DNA of 64,000 nucleotides from Andalucia godoyi And28. Taxonomy: Eukaryota > Protista > Jakobida. The position numbers and the translations under genes were made by a program. The stretch is taken from the NCBI GenBank assembly GCA_009859145.1, contig VRVR01000002.1, forward strand, positions 318,724 to 382,723. Reading direction: 5' to 3'. The notes beneath the pieces were generated by a model that saw only the letters and a program-made list of their open reading frames with translations, was not told the origin of the DNA and did not search any database. Of the stretch, positions 1-9,400 are shown one piece after another (position 1 is the stretch's first letter; the number at the start of each line of letters is the position of its first letter).

Positions 1-2
1 GC

Positions 3-614
3 GCAGGACTTAGTAAGTTGCCGCCATTGGGTGCTACCTTGCCGCCGCTGTCTGGTGCATCGTCAACTCTTGCTCCAGTCGGCACCTCTGGCCCTGCATC
101 CTTTACTTCCTCGTCCTCCGTTTCCTCGACTCATGGCACGTCGACAGACGATGATGAACACGGCCTGTCGGATACAGTGCGAAGACAGCCCCCTGTCTCG
201 AGGGCTACAGAGCCTGTAGTGGTGCCGGAGACCTTGAATGCGTCTTCTAAATCAGCAGATGACGATGCACACAGATTGGCGGAAATTGACCGGAAACTCC
301 TCCGTCTTGGAGCCTCTACTGGTGACAACGAGTACTCGGACAATGAGTTTGAGGATATCTCCGAAGAAATCCCCTCAGATGCAGAAGTTGTTGATGACGA
401 TGATGTTCCGGTAATTCGTCAGTCTCGGAGAACGAACGGGAGCGAGGAGAGCGTTGATCAGTCTCGAAGTGTGTTGGGATCTTTCACCGATCGGTCCGTT
501 GATGGCTCTGAATTGCAGCATCTTGACCATCTTGAGGATGTAGAGCGCAGCGCCAGCGTCGAATCGGAGTCTTACAGAAAAGAGGATCCGGAAGATGACG
601 ATGATTATTTCTAA
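3..614 (+). CDS. C-terminal part of a Ser/Asp/Glu-rich protein, truncated by the window edge
   Basis: The frame is open from the window start to TAA at 612-614. The sequence is low-complexity with an acidic tail (EDDDDYF). No family recognised. Confidence 0.6.
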   Translation, partial: AGLSKLPPLGATLPPLSGASSTLAPVGTSGPASFTSSSSVSSTHGTSTDDDEHGLSDTVRRQPPVSRATEPVVVPETLNASSKSADDDAHRLAEIDRKLLRLGASTGDNEYSDNEFEDISEEIPSDAEVVDDDDVPVIRQSRRTNGSEESVDQSRSVLGSFTDRSVDGSELQHLDHLEDVERSASVESESYRKEDPEDDDDYF

Positions 615-654
615 CAGAGGCGAGTCTTCCATTGCGAATATGTCTCTCGTTTAC

Positions 655-1038
655 TGCCGTTGCCACTTTATTGCGATATGATGAAGCAATCTAAAAAGCA
701 CACGTAAACAAGCACACTGCCACGCGCCCACGCGCGTGCGTTGGTTTTCTTCACAGCTCCGTCCACACGATGCCCGATTCGTTTCGCCCCATTTTGACCA
801 TGAAATCCCTATACATATGCCGCCGCGTTGCATTCTCGCACAGCGACGTTCATTCCATTTCTTTATTTTTATTCTTATTGTCCATGCAACGTAACATCTA
901 TCTTAAGAACGTCTCTCATGCCGAGGGGCGTGTTGCGGCCCACCCTCTTCCCAATCATGCTATGCATGTTGTTGGGTCGCAGCATTGATTATGGGTGATC
1001 AGCGATGATTCTCCCGTGGTTAGTGTTCAGTGTAGGCG
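655..1038 (+). repeat. Dispersed ~384-bp repeat, family A, copy 1
   Basis: Near-identical to the reverse complement of 41059-41441 (TGCCGTTGCCACTTTATT...GTTCAGTGYAGGCG) by direct comparison. Confidence 0.95.
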
Positions 1039-1306
1039 TTCTGCAGCGCAAGTGACTGCTTGTTGAGTCACTCCCTCTTCACTCTCCACTATTTACTCAA
1101 AATCCTTATGAATGAAGACAAAAAGGCAACTCCAATGGGCAGTCCATTCTTTTCGCACTGTTTTACTTTTCATAACTTTTTCTTTCACTTCTCTTCTTTT
1201 TTCCAGATGAATGAAATTGATGGTTCATAAAATGAATTCTATTGGAGGAAGGGGAGGATTCGAAAGTGTGAACACGAGAAGAACAACAGGAGGAGGAAGA
1301 GGACTG

Positions 1307-3200
1307 TTAAAATCCTCCTCGCATAAACTCCCTCCGAATCGCTTCCACAGCATCAACATCCGCTTCGTGCTGGGCCTCCAGCTTCTCCAAATCCGACATA
1401 AAATCCAAATTGTTGCCGTTCCTGGAATACGCTGACGGTTCCTCATATTCACGTCTCTTTGCCTTGGGCTTTGGAACATTCCTTGCAAACTCAAGAGCTC
1501 GTTCTCGTGCATTCTTCTCATGCTGCGGTGGCTCAGGTGCTCTCCTCTTGGCCTCGGCTGGAGATGGCGCAGACGCAACATTGTACGCGTGTACTCCTCT
1601 CGCATACTCTCGCATTCGCTGTACTTGTTCTTGTTTCTTCTGCAGCTCTTCATTCTGCAAATCTGGCCCAAGGCTACCGAGCTTGATTGGAACGTTGATG
1701 TTCCGGAACGACTCTGCCGTATAGGGCTTGTACATCACGTTGCGTGGAGGCTTCCTTGAAAATGCAAGACGCTCTTCCTCGCTCAAATTTTCTACATCTC
1801 GCTCTTTTGGAGACTCTGTCTCTGACTGCTGACGTCTTGTGGACACAGATCTTGCAGAGCCGGCGTCTGCAGATCTTCCTCGAGGCGGTACAGAAGAATG
1901 GCGTCTGGAAGACTGCTCGGTCTGCGGCTTGCCATTCGAACTGCTGGGAGTCGCCCTCTGGGTTGCATATTGCGTCGCATACGAAGATACTATCTGATCG
2001 CCTTCTTCATGTTGCGGAATTGAGCGGGACTGTGACTGTGTTTGTCGCATATGTACAGGCGGCGCCTCCTCGAAGAAATCAATCTTAGAAGGTCTGCTTT
2101 GTTGGTGGACAGGAGACAACGAAGAATTCTGCGAGCTTGGCAAGCTCGCAGCCGCCGATGCTGGGGCTAAACGGTTGTATCCGTAACTCTGATGGCCCGG
2201 CGGCGGAGGAAGCTGCTGGCTATGCTGGAATTGAGAAGAGATGCCGCCTTGAGACACCGTCCCTCCATTTCTTGCACCCCAGGAAGGCTCATACTGCCCA
2301 GGGACAGCCTGCGGCACCGAAACGGGTTTCCGCACTGCGCCTCCCGCAGGATGACTCAAAGTGGAACCAAAACCATAAGCAAAAGGTCCGGTAGAACTTA
2401 CATTCTGAAACGAGGTCTTCGGAGAAGATGGGACCATCGAGAGACCACCTGCTGGTGATACTTGAGAAGCGGACGTCGAGCTGCCATGCCCAAAACTGCC
2501 CAGGTGGTGATGGCCCGAGGTCGTTGAAGACTGGTCAAGTATCGACGGGGGAGCTTGGGATTCGAATTCTGCTAGCTCTCTGGCAGTCGGTCTTCCTCGT
2601 GGAGGGGCTGACCGAAGCGGATTTGATGCAGCAGACGGCGCCTTCGGACTCGTACTTCCTGGCCATCCAGAATTATTGAAACTCCCGTGAGAAACCGTTT
2701 GCACATATGATGCTTGATGTGGTTGCTGGTGTGCAAAAATCGAAGCAGGACTGGGCTGCTGCACCTGGTAAAAAGGAACTGAGGAACTCGCTGTCGGCTC
2801 CGCGTTCATGACAGGTTGCGGAAATGATCCGGCATAAAAAGCAGAATGGGAAACGTGAGCCGACGAACCATCGATCGGATTATAGTAAGAAGAGTGTTGT
2901 GATGGAAACCGCGACTGCGGCTGTGGTTGATATGACGAAGTAAACGACGTTGGTCGGGAGGACGACGAAGCCGGTATGAGAACTGAGCCAGTAGAACTGG
3001 GAGCAGGCCCCGACCCGGACGAGAGCCCTTCTCTCTGTACAATTGTTATGCGATCTTTAAACTGTGCAAGATAGGAAAGTAAATAACGGGAAAAGTAGGA
3101 CAACGGAAAACAAACAAAAACTAAAACGGAGGAAGAGCCATACATGTTCGTGAAACGCGGAGTTTGGTTTTGGGCCCGGAGGTGGCTTGACGTTGCTCAT
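1307..3200 (-). CDS. JHY: JHY-domain (Jhy-like, cilia-associated) protein; two exons (3200-3144, 3061-1307)
   Basis: C-terminal YKPYT...KLGSLGPDL...YARGV...ARERALEFARNVPKPK resembles the JHY family. An 82-nt intron (3143-3062, GTATGG...polypyrimidine...CAG) joins MSNVKPPPGPKPNSAFHEH to FKDRIT in phase 0. Confidence 0.7.
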
Positions 3201-3619
3201 ATTGATCCAGATGAAATACGAAATGTCATAATATCTCCAAGGAATTGCGCGGGGATGGATGAGATGATTAGCGATGGGGTATGCCAAAAACAATTACGAT
3301 GCTGATTGAGAAAGAAGAAGAAGGCAGGGAGTGTGAGAGAGTGAAACAGAGGTTGATGGATTGGGGGAACACCGTTTTTTGTTTTTTCTGTAGCATCACG
3401 AATGCAGTCTCAATTGGATTTCATCATAGGGGGCACACATGGCGGTCATCACCACATGCATCGGGGGTGTTGGCGTGCTGGGGCGAGTCCATCCGCCGAA
3501 AATCTTTTCTTGTTTTTTATCTTACCTTCTGTTTTGGTGCTGTTCTTTCGACGTCTGCTTGTTTGTTTGCTGCTGTCTGCTTGGAGAGCGCGCGAGAGAG
3601 AAAGAGGTGTTAAGAGAAT

Positions 3620-4771
3620 ATGGCATTAAAGACTGCGTTGTACGATTTGCATGCTGCGAGCAGCGCGACGTTTATTGAGTTCTGCGGATACATGCTTCCT
3701 GTTTCATACAAGGGGTTGAACATCCCAGCCTCTGTGTTGCATACACGTGCAGCGGCGTCTCTTTTTGATGTTTCCCACATGGGCCAACTTCGGATCCACG
3801 GAAAAGACCGAGAGGCATTTATTGAACGGATTTCTGTGGCAAATATGAAGGCCGTGAAGAACGATTCCGGAACCTTGTCTGTGATGCTCCGCGAGGATAA
3901 TGCAGGAATCCTGGACGATACGATCATCACCAAGCGTGCAGACGTGATCGAAATGGTTGTGAATGCTGGATGCAAGGTGCAGGATATTGCACACATCAAA
4001 GAGCAGGTTTCCAAGTTCAAGGGTGATGTTCAGCTCGAAGTCCGTGAAGGACAGTCTCTTGTGGCCCTTCAGGGACCGTTCGCACACCGCTACTTGAAGC
4101 CCATTCTGGAGTCGGCAACTGGTGCGCCTGCCCTTGAAAAGGTGTCCTTCTTGCAGTCGTTCATCACGACGATCCCAAGGTTGGACAAGAATGCCAGGAT
4201 CACCGTTTCGCGTCTTGGATATACTGGTGAAGACGGCTTCGAGATCTCGGTTCCGGACAAGTTTGTCAATCAGTTCTGTCAGATGCTGCTGGATGCAAAA
4301 CTCCAGGATACGAGTGCAAAGGTCGAGTGGGCTGGGCTTGGCGCACGGGATGTGCTTCGCCTGGAAGCTGGACTTTGCCTTATGGGTCACGACATGAATC
4401 CTGAGATCAATCCTTGGGAGGCAAATCTTGGATGGCTGATTGGAAAGCGCAGGCGTCAGGAGAAAGGTTTCTTGGGAGATGCAGTCTTGTTTGGAGAACA
4501 GGCACAGCCAAAGCAAATCCGCGTTGGACTTGTTGTTGATGGCATGCCTGCACGTGAGGGTGCTGTCATCCTTGGAGAAGGAAACGGAAAGATTACCTCT
4601 GGATGCCCGTCTCCGTGTGCAAAGTTGAATATTGCAATGGGATATGTGGATACCAAGCAAGCAGTTGCGGGGACTAAATTGAAGGTCCAGGTCCGCAACA
4701 AGGAATTAGATGCCGTCGTCACTGAAATGCCGTTCGTCCCTACTCGCTACTATCGTGCACCAAAAGAATAA
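3620..4771 (+). CDS. gcvT: Glycine cleavage system T protein (aminomethyltransferase)
   Basis: Motifs TALYDLH, LFDVSHMG, ALQGP, GYTGEDGFEI, GLGARDxLRLEAG, ITSGCPSP and MPFVPTRYY. Confidence 0.97.
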   Translation: MALKTALYDLHAASSATFIEFCGYMLPVSYKGLNIPASVLHTRAAASLFDVSHMGQLRIHGKDREAFIERISVANMKAVKNDSGTLSVMLREDNAGILDDTIITKRADVIEMVVNAGCKVQDIAHIKEQVSKFKGDVQLEVREGQSLVALQGPFAHRYLKPILESATGAPALEKVSFLQSFITTIPRLDKNARITVSRLGYTGEDGFEISVPDKFVNQFCQMLLDAKLQDTSAKVEWAGLGARDVLRLEAGLCLMGHDMNPEINPWEANLGWLIGKRRRQEKGFLGDAVLFGEQAQPKQIRVGLVVDGMPAREGAVILGEGNGKITSGCPSPCAKLNIAMGYVDTKQAVAGTKLKVQVRNKELDAVVTEMPFVPTRYYRAPKE

Positions 4772-4933
4772 ATGATAAAGACTGTGTGCGCATGTGTGTT
4801 TCTATCAATGTCAAGATCAGGGGTGATCGCTCATTGCTTGCTCTCCAGCCCGTCTATGTATTGTGCCCCTGCAAACGCAGATCCGAAAGCTGCGGCATCA
4901 CTGGCTTGAAATCTGGACTGGCAAACCACTGAA

Positions 4934-5344
4934 TCAGCGCAGAAAGCGCAAGAACGATTCAGGAGGCAGAACTGGCTCCTCAATGCTCCCAGGTTGCAGC
5001 GAGGGGAAGTCCCTGTGAAAAACACTGAACTGAGATTCTCGATCGAGCGTATCAAGGTACGGCTTCAGGAAGGCTGCTTGGCACAGCTGGAATCTGTCCA
5101 GCATCGCACCGTGCAGTGCAGTTCCCTTTGTTCTCAAAAGCGCGGCTTGAAGATGTACCAGTCGAGGAGATTTGGAACGCATGATTTCTTCTGGAGTCAT
5201 TCTCGCGCACACCATCACATCGTGAATGCTATACTCATACGATTCGTGAAATGTCCGCTCATGAGTGTACAAATCGAAGGGAGGAAGAACAGCATGAGCA
5301 GAAGGCCGAAAAAAAGACAGGAACCATAAGTAAATATCCTTCAT
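4934..5344 (-). CDS. Hypothetical protein; 5' end uncertain
   Basis: 136-codon ORF with globular-looking composition and no recognised family. Confidence 0.35.
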   Translation of the reverse strand: MKDIYLWFLSFFRPSAHAVLPPFDLYTHERTFHESYEYSIHDVMVCARMTPEEIMRSKSPRLVHLQAALLRTKGTALHGAMLDRFQLCQAAFLKPYLDTLDRESQFSVFHRDFPSLQPGSIEEPVLPPESFLRFLR

Positions 5345-5445
5345 TGTACTGTGTTAGTTGCATGAATGCAATGCCGAACACGGCAATTGGCAACCAGAAA
5401 AGCGATAAACGGCCAAACTCGGAAAGAAAGAAAAGACGTCAAGCC

Positions 5446-5448
5446 AAC

Positions 5449-5481
<33 letters not shown>

Positions 5482-5502
5482 AACAATAGTAATAATAATA
5501 AT
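5446..5502. repeat. (AAT)n microsatellite
   Basis: Imperfect AAT array seen directly. Confidence 0.9.
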
Positions 5503-5727
5503 CATTGAGGACGCATGAGTCTATTCTCAGCATCGCTGGTTCCCAGCGAGCTTCTGACGGAAATTGGCTCTCATTGGCACTATTGAAATGCTGCATAATA
5601 ATCGATCGATCGTGCGAATAAACAGGCGTCTAGGGGCAGCCGGGCAGGCCCCAGCACACACAAGACGCAAACAAAATCCGAGAGGGAGAGGATTCAACAA
5701 AAAAGAATGTGGCTGAGGTCCGGACGC

Positions 5728-6165
5728 CTAGAAGGGAAAATCATCTTTTTCTTGTTCTTCGTCGGCAAGCAGAAGCTCTTCGTCAACTCCATCACAGTAT
5801 TTTTCAAAGTACATATTTCTCCAAGCATTTTGAATGCGGCGGGCAGCTCTATTGCGCTCGTTTTCCTTTTCACGGTGCACATAGTCCGAATTCTCAATGT
5901 CGGTTTTCTTCTTGATGAGATCAAGAATCATCAGGCCTTCCGAGGCTTGTCTTTGCACATGCCTGTCTCGCTTCAGGTCTTCCTCTTCAAAAATGCTCTG
6001 CAGGATTTCTTTTTTGTGCTTGCGAACCAAGTATCCTCTAAACACTGCTTGAATCCGGACTGCGGGATCAAGATGCTTTCGATCGGCAGCACATCGTCGG
6101 GGTACGACGCCAAGCGTCTCAAGATACTGCCGGGCTTTCAAATGTTCCGTGTCTTTGAAATTCAT
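5728..6165 (-). CDS. Small protein with two IQ calmodulin-binding motifs
   Basis: AVRIQAVFRGYLVRK and AARRIQNAWRN match the IQ consensus. Confidence 0.75.
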   Translation of the reverse strand: MNFKDTEHLKARQYLETLGVVPRRCAADRKHLDPAVRIQAVFRGYLVRKHKKEILQSIFEEEDLKRDRHVQRQASEGLMILDLIKKKTDIENSDYVHREKENERNRAARRIQNAWRNMYFEKYCDGVDEELLLADEEQEKDDFPF

Positions 6166-6170
6166 AGCAG

Positions 6171-6198
<28 letters not shown>
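6171..6198. repeat. (GT)n microsatellite
   Basis: Perfect GT array. Confidence 0.9.
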
Positions 6199-6201
<3 letters not shown>

Positions 6202-6467
6202 TCTTGATCTTTTGGCCCACCTTCAAATTTTCGTGAAAAACATTCATGAACAGTGAGTGCAACATTGTTTTTTTGGTTTGGTGTTTTTGCTTTTTGTTGC
6301 TTATTCAATTATTTTTTTCCCGCACTTCACCCTTTACCAGGTAATATTCCCGACATTTCTCTAATGTGCAGGCGCTATCGTACAACAATTTGATGAAACC
6401 GTCACCCAGGGGGGAGAGAGGAGTTTCGAGAATCTTTCGAAATCTGCATTTCTAATGTATTGCAGTT

Positions 6468-9400
6468 ATGGCGTCGTCGGCTCTTGAGTTCACAGCAACG
6501 GTCCAATCGACGATGTCCGGAACCACTTTGAAGAGGTCAGCTGTGGAAGAACCTTGTTTAGCTATTGATCCTTGGTTCGCTGAACCGGAGACGGTGCAAA
6601 GGATTGTGCATCGTCTTGATTCGTGTCGCCAGGTTATGGAAAAGTCATCCCGCAGCAAGGAATATCACTTGATTTACAATGCGTGCGTTACTGTAATGGA
6701 TTTGTCGAAAGTTCTGCTTGGCAACGGAATGCCTCATGTTGCCGTTCCGTATGTTGGGTTTGCAATTATGATGACTGAAGCAACCATCTCTCTTGCCTCC
6801 GTCCGCTATCTTTCTTTTCGGGTGAGATTGTATGGAATTATGTCACGATGCCTTTCGGCAGCGGGACATGTGACCCATTCAAGGAAGTGTCTGGAAAGAT
6901 GTCTACAAAAGATCGATTGGCTGGACAAATTGGAGCATTCCGACCGCATTCCCCCTCCTCCGGAAACTGATCGGTCTCTTGCGCGTGCAAGAGAAGACGT
7001 GAAGAGATATATGTCCGAGGAAACAGCAAAGAAAGAGAGGGCGATCGAAATTGCTTTCCGAGAGAAATCTGTCGACAAGCTGAAGAGCTTTGGAAGTTCG
7101 ACGCTGGTGGATTTGCTGGTTTCTGCAGTTGGTAATATGACTTACGTCGACGCACTGGGTGCAAAGGAAACCGTGGATGTTGCTCAAGAACCGAAAGAAA
7201 AGATGGGTGAAATCTTGGCTTTCGCGGAACAACTGTGCATGGCCTCTACTGTTCTGGGACAATCGAAGGGCAGATTGTGTTCCGAGTTAGCGCTTCATTT
7301 GTACAAGAACTTCGCAAAGAAAGCGTACACTTCTTATGTGCAGAAAAGAGATTTGCTGTACAAACAACATGGAAATGTGGATCGCGTTGCCGGGCAGGAG
7401 ATTGTTACGTCGGTGCTTCACAACATTGCTCGTGCTCTCATTTCTTCGCGTTGTTTGGATTACATTTTATGCGGACAAATCATGATGCAATCTTGCGCCA
7501 TGCTGATTGAAAACAAGGAATCTTCGATCGCTTCTAAGCTTCTTATTTCAACTGCATCTTTCTTGTCTGACGCAAGGGCCCGCTTAAGTCAAAAGCGGTT
7601 TATACAAGATCGTGTGCGGACAAGAATGCTGTACGCTCTGCAGGCAGATTGCGTGGAAATGACGAATTTTGTGCACATGTACTGCCTTGGAAAATCCGTG
7701 CAAAACATGGATGGCATTCACAAATCGGACGCGTTTGCGCTGCAAATGGCTCGCGCGATGTCAACTGGAAAGTATCCGTTATCTGTGGACTTCTGGCAAT
7801 CCAATATCCCACTAGAATTTGCGAAGCGGGCTGTGTCTAAAAGATTTCTCCGTATTTATATTCCTCTGCGGTTTGTTGCGAATCTCACGATCCACACGCT
7901 CTTTGTCTATTGGAAGAAGATGCCGACGGTGATAAGTGTCTATGACGTGTTTCAAACTGTGGATATGGATCAACTGCGGCAGTCCTTTGCGGGGAATTAT
8001 TCGGAAGCATATGTGGACGTCTTTGATCGATTGCAAGAAAACGGAGAGTATGCCTTCGCATTTCGCTCCGACCAGGAACGCGATCTCGGGAAAGCTGAAG
8101 GGACACTGTTCACTGTCGATCCCGTCCATCCATTTGCGTGGGAATTTTCAGCATTGCGTCGAATTACGGGTGTTCTTTCTTATCAGTTTTCCGAAGACAA
8201 GACAGCACAAAACAAGGGCAAGTGGGCGAGCCTTTTGACTTGGGCCCTGGATGCCTCGGTCATGATCGATGCTCCTTTGATGACATTGGAAATAGCGTCA
8301 AAAGTGTATCAGTCGTTCATTCCACTTCTTGTTGGACGACAGAAGCCGCCTGCTCTCTTCAAACCCTTTTTGTCCCTTTTTGTTGTTTTGGCAAATCAAC
8401 TTCCAAACTGGGCAAAATACCGCCCGGATTCCCAGAGATTCATCGCAAAGGTCACTTACGAACTGCTCAGCTTTGCCGAGCAGAATAATGAAACGGTTCT
8501 CCTGAAGGACGGAGTGCTTGAGCCGTTTCTGAAGTATTCCAAGGTGCCCACTGCATTCGTGAAGCAACGGGAGATAGATAGATTGTTGACAGTGTACTCT
8601 CCTGAAAACGTCAAGGGGGACCTGGCTGGGGATTCCGTTCTTGCTGCTGCGATCGAGTTGAGTGCTCTGTTCCGGAGGAAGCAGTTCGCCGATGTTCTCA
8701 AAAAAGTAGTTGCAGTTTCAAAACTTGTGCAGCAAGTGTTTGCCAAGTTCTCTGAAGAGAATAAGGTAGACATTCCGCCGCGTATCGACAGCACAGATGC
8801 CTCTGTGTTGACTGAACAAGCAAAGAAAGTCATCTTCTGCGCGTTGAAGATTGCACGAAAACGTCGAGCATTAAGAAAAGCACGGTCGGACTTTGTTCAG
8901 GATGAGTTACCGTGGCGTGCACATCTGGAACTTTTGCGAGCGCTCTCTCTGAAGTCTATTTACGACCAAATTGTTGCTGGTGCGTTCGTCAATATCGATG
9001 AGGTTGCAAATGCAGCAGCCCCTAGAAAAGATGCGAAGAAAGAAGCGCCGAAGAAAGGCGCTGCACCAGAACCTGTTGCTGAACCTGCAGTGGATTTGAA
9101 TGATGCTATTCCGTTCTTGAAAATAACAGACGCGACGCAACGGCGAGAATGCATGCAAAAAGAGGTCATCGCATCGATTGGAAAAGCATGTGAACTTGCA
9201 CATAGATCAGGAGCTTGGATGCTTGGTCTGGATGCAGCCCTGCATTGCCTGCAGTTCGGTATGGTTACGAAGCCAATTGCTCGGACAGTTGTCGAGATCT
9301 TTCGTTCTCACGCTGTAGAAGCTGCACAACTCGGAATTGACCGAGAATTTCCCCTGCTATTCGAGAATGTTGGAGATGATTCCTTGACTTCTCAATTTAA

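Noticed and set aside
655-1038. Family A as a MITE, SINE, Helitron or C/D snoRNA
   Set aside because: There are no TIRs, A/B boxes, poly-A tail or CTRR end. A TGATGA box is present but lacks a suitably placed CTGA.
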